From Octopus sinensis (taxonomy: Eukaryota): 64,000 nucleotides of DNA. Positions 29,220-41,479 of the stretch are shown piece by piece. Within the stretch, counting starts at the first letter, position 1; every line of letters starts with the position of its first letter. The translations under genes were made by a program, and so were the position numbers. The notes beneath the pieces were generated by a model, which did no database searches, had not been told where the DNA came from, and saw only the letters and a program-made list of their open reading frames with translations. The stretch covers positions 102,796,001-102,860,000 of the forward strand of contig NC_043001.1 of the NCBI RefSeq assembly GCF_006345805.1, read 5' to 3'.

Positions 29220-29409
29220 AATACACACACACACATAAATACATATACATAGATAGATAAACACACACATACACAAACACATACATCTGGTAGCATGGAA
29301 GGTGTACGTTAAACGATGCTATATATATATATATATATATAAATATATAAAAACACATACAAATATATATATGTAGATAGATGTGTATATATATATAAAA
29401 TAGATGTGA

Positions 29410-29462
<53 letters not shown>

Positions 29463-29464
29463 TA

Positions 29465-29512
<48 letters not shown>

Positions 29513-29765
29513 AAATAAATAAATAAATAAATAAATAATAAATAATAAATAATAAATAAATAAATACAGACATATATACATATATATATACACGTACATA
29601 TAGACATATATATATATACAGATATACACACATACATACTTACGCACACATATAAATATATATATATTTATATATACACATACATATATATGTACACACA
29701 TACATAAATATATACATACACACACATATATGTACACACATGTACATATATACACACACACACAC

Positions 29766-29796
<31 letters not shown>

Positions 29797-29815
29797 TACA
29801 TACATATATATATAC

Positions 29816-29848
<33 letters not shown>

Positions 29849-29931
29849 CATATATATATATATATGCATATATATTTACATAGATATATATACACACACA
29901 TATATATATATACATAAATAGATATGTATAC

Positions 29932-29963
<32 letters not shown>

Positions 29964-30636
29964 GTATACATACCTCTTTATGTATATATATATACATACA
30001 TATATACATACACATATATATATACATATATATATATATATACATATATATACACACACATATATATTCATATACATATACATACATTTACATACGCATG
30101 TATACATACATACATATACACATATACATAAACACATATACACACATAGGAGTGGCTATAGGTGCAAGAGTGACTGTGTGGTACATAGCTTACTTCCAAC
30201 CACATGGTTCCAGGTTCATGCCACCTAGGGCAAGTGCCTACTACTAAAGCCTCTGGCCGACCAAAGCTTTGTGAGTGGATTTGGTAGAAGGGAACAGAGA
30301 GAAGCCCGTCATATATATATATATACACACACACACATATATACATATGTATGCGTTTGTGTGTCTGTGTTTGCCCTTCCTCCATCACTTAACCAATGTT
30401 GGTGTATTTGCTTCCCTGTAACATAGTGGTTCAACAAAAGAGATTGATAGAATAAGTACTGGGCTTACAAAGAATAAGTCCCAGGGTCGATTTGTTCAAC
30501 TAAAGGCGGTGCTCAGGCCTGACCACAGTGAAATGACTAAAACAAATAAAAGAAAATACACATACATTTCTCATCATTGAACATCCATCTTCCATGCTGG
30601 CATGTGTGTGGCAATATATATATATTTATTTATATA

Positions 30637-30685
<49 letters not shown>

Positions 30686-30714
30686 CACATACACACACAC
30701 AAACACATATACAG

Positions 30715-30751
<37 letters not shown>

Positions 30752-31046
30752 ATATATACAGATACATACATATATACACATACATATATATATATATACA
30801 GATACAGACATATATACACATACATAAATATATATGCACATATGTATATATATATATATATACACAAATACATATATACACATACAGACATATATATGTA
30901 CATATGTATAAATATATATACACAAATACATACATATATACACATACACACATATATGCACATATGTATATAAATATATATATATTTATATATATATATA
31001 CACATGCATACATATATACACATACACACATATATGCACATATGTG

Positions 31047-31090
<44 letters not shown>

Positions 31091-32309
31091 CATACATATA
31101 TGCACATACATACATGCATACACACATATGTACATATACGCATACATATATATATATATACACATACATACAAACATATATATACACACACACACATACA
31201 TACACATACATACACGCATATACATACATAAATGCATATACACATATATATATATATGCACATACAAACATATGTACATATACACATACATATATATACA
31301 CACACACATACATGCATATGTACACATACACATATATAAATATACACACACCCACACACACATGTATATACACACACACACACCCACACACACATGTATA
31401 TATACACACATATATATATACACAGTATATATATATACTCACACACGTGTGTATCTACACGCACACAAACATACATACATACATGTACATACATATGCAC
31501 ATATATCCACACACATACACATAAATAGATGTACACTTCTATATGTATGTATATATACATATATATATATATATTATATTATATATATATATATATATAA
31601 TATATATATATATATGCACACACATATCCATACACACATATATGTACATATATTACATACACAAACATGCACATGTGTGTATGCATGTGTACACACAAAC
31701 ATATGAGAGAAATATCATATATAATCACATACACTTCTGTGCGTGTGTGTGTGCATGCATGTTCCCTAAAGACATCATTTTCTTACAAAATACTGCTGAT
31801 AATAGCTAGCTTCGCTCTAACCATTGTCGATCCATTTAGAGATTACATCCAAATCAGGTTTTCACTTCAGTGCTTATCTAGAAGTCAGCCTAAATGTATG
31901 AAGCTAAATCTTACTTTATTTTGCAACCATCCTCAACATAGACTTGGATTACTCTGTAAAGTATACATGTTCTTCCTTTCACTACCTTCCTTAACATAGG
32001 CTTCGATTATGACATCTATTTTCGGCATTTGAGAGCAAGACAGTTTTTTTTTTTTTGTTATTATTTTTTTTAGATTTCCCCGGTTAGTTACTTTTCTTTT
32101 TCCCTTTTACCTTTCTACATTTATCACTGAGTTCAAAGTTACTAAAGAAATATATAAGTATATTCAAGAGAATTTTTTTCTTTCTTTCTCTTTTATTTTT
32201 TCTTTTTTTACTTTTCTGCTTTCAATAGCAGATCAGAATTATTATTATATGAATATGTGGGCATGCTTGTGCTTCTTTATATACACACACACACACGTGT
32301 GTATATGTA

Positions 32310-32349
<40 letters not shown>

Positions 32350-32830
32350 CACACACACGTGTGTGTATATGTATGTGTGTGTGTATATATATATATACAC
32401 ACACACACACAGACACACACACACACACGTTTATACATATGAATATTATATAAATGTGTGTGTATGTCTGTGTGTGTATGTGTGTATATATATATATAAT
32501 ATACACATACACATTACAAAACATACATATACATGTGTATGTGTATTATACACATACATACATATAATGTGCATAAATACACCATACATGTATACATACA
32601 TACATATATGCATAGTATATATGAATAAAGATATCATAAACAAATATAAATGTATTATGCCAATACATATGTATATATATTGTGTTTGTATATGTGTGCA
32701 TGAGTGTGTATTTTGCATACATATAAAGTATATATATATTATACATGCATGTTGTGTGTGTATTATGCATACATATATATAACATACAAATATATCATAC
32801 ATGAATGAGTGTGTGTGTGTGTGTATTATC
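28960..32830. repeat. Compound (AT)/(AC)/(ATAC)/(AAAT) microsatellite domain
   Basis: Blocks at 28960-30145, 30610-31760 and 32270-32830. Source of the dozens of Y/I/C/V/H/T ORFs in the track. Confidence 0.97.
30148..30553 (+). mobile_element. SINE family A inside the large microsatellite
   Basis: Full-length match. Confidence 0.82.
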
Positions 32831-33268
32831 AGTGGGTATGTTTTATAGAGACATGCACATACAGCCATGGATACAAACAGATACTCTGGTAAACCCATGC
32901 AAAGGCATACGGAGATATGAAGAAAAACATACAGAGTAAAAATGTAGCATTTCAGTTCCCCCTTTTTTTATTTTATATTTATTTTACCATATGAAAGTAA
33001 CATTTAAAAAGCAATCCAGTCTAAAATATCTCTTGGTGGACAACTTTTTTTAATCTTCTTTTATTTCTTTCAAGGTGATTCTTTTATAGCAGATATGAAT
33101 ATATGAAATAATAACAAAAATTGGTCATTACTAGGTAGCTAGTGATAACATGAAAGATGAAAGATATTAAATATAGACTTTCATAGTGAAACAACACACA
33201 TGAAGGCACAGTCAGCATAAATACTATTGGAGAAAATAAATATGCATGCACATGTGATAAAATAACAG

Positions 33269-33414
33269 AGAAGACAGCTCTGGAATATAATAAGTAATGT
33301 TGACCCATTTCAAGATAGACATCACCCTAAGACAACAATTTACCAAAAGAAGAAATTGTGTGAAAAAGCAGTATACATTGCAGAATATAAGAATGAACAC
33401 TCAAAGGATGAAAT
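33269..33414 (+). CDS. Candidate internal exon B (RRQLWNIISNVDPFQDRHHPKTTIYQKKKLCEKAVYIAEYKNEHSKDE)
   Basis: 48 open codons with protein-like composition. aacag acceptor (weak pyrimidine tract) and gtgagg donor. Ends in phase 2. Confidence 0.42.
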
Positions 33415-33648
33415 GTGAGGCTGAGAGATCACCATTTCATATTAGTTCAGGCATGGCTGTGTGGTTAAGAAGTACAGTTTACAACCTTGTGGTTCAAAGT
33501 TCAATCTCGCTGTTTAGTATCTTTGGTCAATGTTTTCTATGAGTCACAGGTTGACTTTGTAAATGGGATCTGGTAGACTTTTAGATCACAGGGTTTATCA
33601 TGTATATACATACACATTTATGTGTATACATGTAAAGACACAGGCGTG

Positions 33649-33697
<49 letters not shown>

Positions 33698-33703
33698 CAT
33701 ATA

Positions 33704-34450
33704 TGTGGTGAAGCATGACCTTCGAACTTTGAACCTCACAGAGGTAATGGCTAGAGACTAAGACCTTTGGCAATGTGCTCTGCTTAAGAGGACCCATCAA
33801 GCCAAGTGCACCCATCCTGGGTGGCACGTAACAAAATCAACCTTTGAACATTGGGCCTCACAGAGAAAAACTGGCTGAGCTCCTTTCAAATATTGGGCCT
33901 CATGGAGGCAAAGTGGCTGAGTTCCTTTTGAGTGTTAGGCCTCACAGAAGCAAGGTGGCTGAGTTCCTTTCGATCACTGGGCTTCATTGAAGCAAAGTGG
34001 CCGAGCTCCTGGGCTTCATGGAGACAAAGTGGTTGAATTTGTTTTGAGTGTTGAGCCTCACGGAGGTGAGGTGATTCAGTTCCTTTAAAAAAAACGGACC
34101 TCATAGAAACGAGGTGGCTGAGTTCCTTTCGAGTGTTGGGCCTCATGGAGGCAAAGTAACCAAGCCCCCTTCAAGTGTTAGGCCTCACAGAGGCAATGAC
34201 CAAGACTTGTGGCATTATGGCATGCTTGAGAAGATACCAACGTCACCTAAATGGCACCTGTGCATGTGGCACGTAAAAGCACTTGTTACACTCTCAGAGT
34301 GGTTGGCGTTAGGAAGGGCATCCAGCCATAGAAAACCATGCCAAATCAGACTGGATCCTGGCACAGCCGACCAGCATACCAGCCTAGAAAAACTGCCCAG
34401 CCCATGCCAGCATGGACAACGGACATTAAATGATGATGAAGATGATGATA
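33704..34450 (+). mobile_element. RTE 3' end with an internal ~42 bp x ~9 tandem array
   Basis: Starts at gtggtgaagcatgacc (RTE C-terminal codons). Array at 33850-34200, then the standard tail ending gatgatg. Confidence 0.85.
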
Positions 34451-34769
34451 TATAAAAAGAAAACAGGAAATCTTGAATGCAGAAGAGCTGTGAACATAAC
34501 TAAGAAGATTGGGTAAATACCCTAAGAAGAGAAGAAAGTGACCAGCAAGCTGGTACAGAGAATCAAACCCTGTAATGGTACAGAGCACTTAGACAGAATT
34601 TGAGAGGTACAGAATTTGATTTTCTGAATTTGGTCAATTTTTCCCCCTTTTCTAAACTGTTTTCACAGCTATTCTGCATTCAAGATTTCCTATATCTACT
34701 CTAAGCTAACAACTCATTCAGTGCTTCAAGATTTGTTTAAAATACACACACGCACTAGGCAGACTTTAC

Positions 34770-35330
34770 TTCTCCTATGGGTTCTCTACATTCATAGTAA
34801 CGCTTCCAAGCCTCTTTCTTTGCAGGGTCACTAAGTGCAAGTGAACCATCATCCATGCGAACACACTTTCCTTCAACAACATCACAATTTTCCCTGGCAC
34901 ACTGTCTTGCAAACCAAAACACGTCAAGCCAATGATCCTCATGCTGCAGAACACTATACCAAACGTCTTCCTTTCTGATTCATACCTGGTTAGATATACC
35001 TGCCTCCTAGTTTCCCTTCTAACTAGCTGATATAGTTCTTTGCTAACACCACCCTTCTTTTTCCTTCCATAGCTGTTTCTTTGCTCTAATGGTCCTATCA
35101 ACTACACTGTTCCACCACCACATCACCCTAGGCCTGGTTGGGGCTTTGCACCAACCACAAATTTGGTCTGTGGCTCTCAGCAAGTTTTCTCGAAGGAACT
35201 TCCAGTTATCCTCTATGTTACAGGTCTGTAACTCCTCCTCCTTCTCATTAAATGCTTCAGTTAGAACATCTCTAAAACTCTGAATATTGAAAAATTTCTT
35301 AAGATTCCATATCTTTCTTGATTTGCTTCT
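34770..35330 (-). mobile_element. Internal fragment of the 49-52 kb RTE family
   Basis: Aligns by eye with 51450-51850, for example the shared ccatcatccatgcgaacaca. Confidence 0.8.
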
Positions 35331-35393
35331 TGGAATTCTTTGTGCCTGTAGCTTGAAACCACAAATGTATAATCTATGTGTATTTATATATAT

Positions 35394-35776
35394 ACTAGCA
35401 GTATCGCCCGGCGTTGCTCGGGTTTGTAAAGGAAATAACTATAAAGCATTTTTAGAGAGTTATAGCCAAAAGATAGCAAAAAAATGGGAAAAAAATTATG
35501 GTAAATTTTTTTTTTTAGAGTTAAAAAGGTCGAGTTGCGTCCCCTAGACCATCTGTGTTTGTGTTTCTGATTGTCGACCCCATGTCGAATTTATCGATCT
35601 TTTTCAGAACTGGGGGAACTTTTCAAAATTTTTGCTGCGTTAGTTTTGAATTATGACATTGGGCTATGTGTGTGTCAAGTTTCATCAGAATCGGTTGAAA
35701 GCCATGGTCAGGGTGAGGGTACAACCTAACAGACACACAGACACGCACACAGACAAACTGCTGTTTATATAGAGAT
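35394..35776 (+). mobile_element. Helentron/HINE (DINE-1/Lep1-like) non-autonomous element
   Basis: 5' ACTAGCAGTATCGCCCGGCGTTGCTCGGG hairpin, aagtttcatcagaatcgg motif, (ACAG)-like repeat, 3' ...tttatatagagat. Confidence 0.72.
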
Positions 35777-35778
35777 AT

Positions 35779-35859
<81 letters not shown>

Positions 35860-35981
35860 GATCAAGACTGGAATTTGGTGCAGCCATCTGGTTCGCCAGC
35901 CCAGTCAAACCGTCCAACCCATGCTAGCATGGAAAGCGGACGTTAAACGCCGATGATAATGATGATGATGATGATGATGAT
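35860..35981 (+). mobile_element. Very short RTE 3' tail inserted in (TA)n
   Basis: ~120 bp tail with (TA)n on both sides. Confidence 0.85.
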
Positions 35982-35991
35982 ATATATATAT

Positions 35992-36045
<54 letters not shown>

Positions 36046-36881
36046 CAGAAACAAGGAAAATGCCACTTGTATTTGAACACTATACAAATATTCTTTTAAA
36101 AAAACTTTTCTTTTAATTTTTCTAAAATTTAATTGTTTCCATACTTACAGTTGAGAAAGTCTCTATGACTGAAACCAGTACTGAAATGTTTTTTATAAGA
36201 TTATTTCAGCATTTTCTACTTTATTTTGTTAAATATACCATAAGCTCTTGCTTTTTTTCATTTTAATTTCATATAACACTTGGGATCCACTTATGGAGGC
36301 CACTAGTCAAGCATATGAAATAGCATACAAAGCTAATGTCATATTCTGTGTGTGCATATCTGTGTGTATGTGTGTGTGTGTTATGCAACTATGTACCATG
36401 TTTGTATGTATGCATGGATGTGCATCTCTATATGTGTGGGTCCGTGTCTCCATGTGTGTCTTTGACATAAATATTTTCTGCCCGTTTTGTACATATTTAA
36501 GTATTTCATGTGCCGGGATGAAGGAAGGGACAACTACTATGCTGATGACAGACATAGAAACAGAAACACATCTCCACAGATGCCTTCTTGTACCCAGACA
36601 ATCAGACCATCTTTTCTTTAAAGGCATGTCAATATCAGAGAATTCTTGATTCTTCTGATTATTTCTCTTTCTGCAGCCAGTTGCAATTGCCATAAGGTAT
36701 TGATCATTCCTCTGTGAAAGGGAAGATAATTTCAATAAATTAAAGAATTTAGGTATTTGATACACCATTACTCATATTTATTGTCCATATTCATACTAAT
36801 CTGAGTTATATCTCTTTACTTACTTTTCCACATATATGTATATGTGTGTGCATGCACATAGCTAGCTAGATGGATGGATGG

Positions 36882-36920
<39 letters not shown>

Positions 36921-37666
36921 TGTTCTACTTATAGGTACAGTACCAATATAGTCACACAAGAAATTAACAGACCTCCTAAAATAGAGAGTTTTTCAATATT
37001 TAACACAAAAAATAAAGAACTAGATTAATTTGGACAGACAGTAAACTAACAGGCAAGTTGACAGATATTCAATAAAAAGAAAAATTGGAAATACAAAACC
37101 AATATAGTCACAGTACAACTGTAGACAAGGCGATAGCTTTGCAATACAAAACTTCAAGGGATAAAAGAATATGATCACACACACATATATATATATACAT
37201 ACACACATATACACTGGAATAACAAAATAAGACAGCTTTACAATATCAAAATTGGAAGTATGAAAGCAATAACAATACATGGTGAAATAATAGACAAGAC
37301 AGCTTTGCTTTATAAATATTGTGAAACAAAACCAATATAGTTACTCATAAGTGAAAATAAGGTTAGTGATGAAGAAATATTTCATATACATGTGTGTATA
37401 TGTGTGCATGTGTGTTTATGTATATAAAGCTATAGCACTATTTTTGTAAATTTGGCAAACATTGTGTCTTAATGTGTTAACACCATAAATTTTTATATTT
37501 ACTTTATATTGAGTGGTTTAAAACGAGTAAATATAGTGTGACATCAAAATTTAAGCTCCAGGATATACTGTATGAGTGAATCAATCAGCATGTATGTATG
37601 TGCTTGTTCATATATTATATAAGACATGTAGAAGCACACATAGGATGTAAAAAATAGATTACCAAA

Positions 37667-37753
37667 TTCTCTCATGGAATCAAACCACTTATCACTCACA
37701 TGCTGGGTGTTCACCCGGCGTACAATGGATATTGGTTCGATTCCATGAGAGAA
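37667..37753. other. Isolated long hairpin (21-bp stem)
   Basis: ttctctcatggaatcaaacca pairs with tggttcgattccatgagagaa (1 mismatch). Internal stem gctgggtg/cacccggc. Confidence 0.8.
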
Positions 37754-38744
37754 GGAATTCCATGAGCTTTTGTAGATGCCAGGACCATTATTTAAAATTT
37801 ACATTATATTTTAAATAATGTGTGCGTGAGAGAGAGAGAGAGGTGGGGATGTGTGAATTCAATGAGTGAAATACATAAAAACAATGCATGCATGTTTATG
37901 TACATACATACATACAATAACAGATTCAAACAACATGAATGGAACTGTAAAACATTGTAAAACTTTCCAGAGGCTTGGTATTTAAGTATATATGTGCATG
38001 TCTAGACATGCAACTATAATGCATGAGAATACACGCATAAAACATACAAATCTGTACATGCACTTACTACAAACATGCACACAAACATGCAAACACACCC
38101 TGTTGATGTTGTTGAAATTTCAATAAGGGAGCCTTAAATCTAGGTTAGAAAGCGGTTCTTTCTCTTCTGGCAAGAAATCTTGCAATAAACCTGAAAAACA
38201 CCATACATAAAAGAAATGCATACAAGCACACAGTGTGAGGGTAAATGGGCAGTCAACATAATGCCAATGAGTGCTTATGTGAGACATCCTTTTAAATGCA
38301 GTGTTCATTGGTCTCTATAAATGTACATTAATAGGCAATTACTCAATAGATGGCTGGGCCACAGTTCGCAGGGAGTGTATATCAGCTCACAATTACACCT
38401 ACCTCAATACTTGATGGATATTTATTCTATTCATCCCAAAAGGATGGAAGATGAGTTAACCTTGGCAGGGTTTGCATTCAGAATGTACACAGTAATTATG
38501 TCCCTCTCTTGATCATTTCATACCTAGAACTACATTTTCACTCCTTCTCCAAGTTGCAAAAGTATACTTTGATGTGAAATTAAGCTGCTTTTTCTAGCGT
38601 ATCAAGTCTCTTAGTTAATTCATGCTTCTATCTGTGTGTATAAACTCATGAAAGTGTCAGTGAGAGAAAGGCATTCAGAATACTACTGGTGGAAGAGAAG
38701 TTAGTATTGAATGCTATGGACAAAAGAAATCGCTCAGAAAAAGA

Positions 38745-38785
<41 letters not shown>

Positions 38786-39599
38786 TACACATATATATAT
38801 ATAGTGAGAATTTACAAAATAAAAAAAAAACAAAAGATGAAGACAGGTGTGTAAACAACAAACAGATGTATTAGTTTAATGCCCAGGAAGTGAGAAAGTC
38901 TTTTATGCTTTGAGCCTACACTCTTCGACAGAAAGGAATAAAAAAAGGTTAATGGCTTGCGATCTATCATGGTGAATATATATATATATATATATTTTTA
39001 CACTGGCCCCTATTGCACATGCAATCATTTCTTTCACCTGATTGTTGTTCTCAGGGTTTTGGGTGGGTGCAGTCCAGCCATGCCAGCGCTCTGTGGTGCT
39101 TTTCTACACTGCTGAAGTGATGGGGGGTGGTCTTCCCTCTGTGACCTGGTGGGGCAGAATCTACAGACAAACACATATACGCAAATGGAGACTGACACAC
39201 ATGATCATATATACACACACTTTACTCCACACAAGGACACACATGAAGACACGGACCCACACATATAGAGATGCACATCCATCAATACATACAAACATGG
39301 TACATAGTTGCATAACAGACTTGCACACACAAGGAGACAGAGGTGCATACATATACAAACACACGCTCACACACACACATACATAGAAAATACACAAACA
39401 CAGACATGCAAGCACATGGATATACAGGATACATACATACAGATGCACACAGACACATATATACATACATGCACATGCATACATACACACATACATACAT
39501 GCATGCATAGGCACACACACACACACTGACCCACACACAGGCACGCAAACAAACAAAAAGGAACGCAGTGTAAATAACGGACAGAGTCAAGACTACTGA

Positions 39600-39723
39600 A
39601 AAGGTTGCAAGACACAATGAACATTTTAGGAAAATAAAAATAAGAAATAAGTGGAACTTTTACCGGTGAGTGTGTTACATCATAAGGCACAAAAAGAAAA
39701 TGACTCTCCCCAGACAAAACAAA

Positions 39724-39760
<37 letters not shown>

Positions 39761-41022
39761 TTCATGCGTGCGTGTGTGTGTAAGACAAATGACTCATGAG
39801 ACAGGAATCCCAAAATCAAATACCCATTGCATTTTGAAGCAAGTTCATCAAAAGTGGTACATTCCAAAATTAATCTACTCTCTAAATGAAGACAATCCTG
39901 ATCGGAGAGTTGGATTTTGTGAGTGGCATCTTGGCAAATTTGAGAAAGATGTAGCATTTCCATCCAAAATTGTTTGGAGTGATGAGGCCAGGTTTAAGTT
40001 AAATGGCTCAATTAACCAGCATAATTGCACCTAGTAGACTCCCGAAAATCCACATCATCATCATCATTTAGCGTCCGCTTTCCATGCTAGCATGGGTTGG
40101 ACGGTTTAACTGGGGTCTGTGAAGCCGGAAGGCTTCATCAGGCCCAGTCAGATTTGCAGTGTTTCTACGGCTGGATGCCCTTCCTAACGCCAACCACTCC
40201 GCGAGTGTAGTGGGTGTTTTTTACGTGCCACCTGCTCAGGTGCCAGACAGCGCTGGCGAACGGCCACGAACAGATGGTGTTTTTACGTGTCACCGGCACG
40301 GGGCCAGGCAATGCTGGCAACGGACACGAACGGATGGTGCTTTTACGTGCCACCGACACGGGGCCAGACAGAGCTGGCAAACGGCCACGAACGGACGGTG
40401 TTTTTACGTGTCACCTGCACGGGGGCCAGCCGAGGCTGGCAACGAACACGAACGGATGGTGCTTTTACGTGCCACTGACATGGGGCCAGACAGAGCTGGC
40501 AAACGCCCACGAACGGACGGTGCTTTTACGTGTCACCGGCACGGGGGCCAGCCGAGGCTGGCAACGGACACAAATGGACGGTGCTTTTACGTGTCACCGG
40601 CACGGGGCCAGGCGAGGCTGGCAACGAACACGAACGGATGGTGCTTTTACGTGCCACCGACACGGGAGCCAGACAGAGCTGTTACTATGAAACATGTTAC
40701 TATGAAACAAGAAGCAGTGTTGATTTCCCTCCAATGGACTTCTTTTTTATTGAGATGTGTCAAAGATAAGGGTTACAGCTCAAAACCAGCAACAGTCAAT
40801 GAGTTGAAAGAAGAAATTGAAAGACAATGACCTGCAGTTCCAAATGAGATGCTTTGTAACACTGCTAAATCCATTGGTCTGTGTTACTGGCTGCATTTGG
40901 GAAGCAATGGTCATCAGTTTGAACATTTGTAAACATGCATATATCCATTAATAAGTCAATAAACAATGAATTTATTGTTATTTAAAGAGTGACTACATAT
41001 GCGGGTGGGGGCACATCCGGTA
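39600..41022 (+). pseudogene. Tc1/mariner transposase remnant (rosa/DD41D-like), split by an RTE tail
   Basis: WSDEARFKLNGSINQHNC before the insertion. DFPPMDFF, KPATVNELKEEIE and NGHQFEHL* after it. Terminus ...catccgg-TA at ~41020. Confidence 0.85.
40053..40680 (-). mobile_element. RTE 3' tail with 8-unit, ~60 bp hairpin minisatellite, inserted in a Tc1/mariner remnant
   Basis: Begins catcatcat...ttagcgtccgctttccatgctagc, as at 49135. tttacgtg recurs 8 times at ~60 bp spacing. Confidence 0.92.
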
Positions 41023-41245
41023 GAAACTGACCCGCTATTGATTTCGCTAATCAATATTTAGCTGTTTGATCCACTGAATGAGCTGCACTGACATAGGTAG
41101 CTAATTTTGAACCTGACCAGTACAATCCATCAAATGGACTTCCAAACACATTCTATCCACCTATTTTCACTCATTCAAGGTTAGAATTAACTTAAGGTTA
41201 TCGTAAAAGACACCTGTCTATGATGCCACACAGTGGTATTGAAAC

Positions 41246-41479
41246 AAAGGCAGCGAGCTGGCAGAAATGTTAGCACATCGGGCAAAATGCTTAGCAGTAT
41301 TTCGTCTGCCACTACGTTCTGAGTTCAAATTCCACCAAAGTCGAATTTGCGTTTCATCCTTTTGGGGTCGATTAAATAAGTACCAGTTACGCACTGGGGT
41401 TGGTATAATCGACTTAATCCGTTTGTCTGTCCTTGTTTGTCCTCTCTGTGTTTAGCCCTTTGTGGGTAGTAAAGAAATC
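41246..41479 (+). mobile_element. SINE family B
   Basis: 11-bp TSD ggtattgaaac. Confidence 0.88.

Noticed and set aside
28992-32898. Numerous long ORFs (up to 315 aa)
   Set aside because: They are translations of (AT)/(AC) microsatellites, open in several frames on both strands.
38130-38190. Minus-strand terminal exon (GLLQDFLPEEKEPLSNLDLRLPY* or FIARFLARRERTAF*) behind a strong tttttcag acceptor
   Set aside because: Two frames are equally plausible, I found no linked upstream exon, and the peptide is not recognised.
40215-40680. CRISPR-like array of palindromic repeats
   Set aside because: The whole unit repeats with no unique spacers, there are no cas genes, the context is eukaryotic, and the array is part of a LINE 3'UTR.
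40159-40830. 223-aa and 158-aa repetitive ORFs
   Set aside because: Stop-free frames through the GC-rich minisatellite, antisense to the LINE. Only the last ~35 codons are Tc1-derived.
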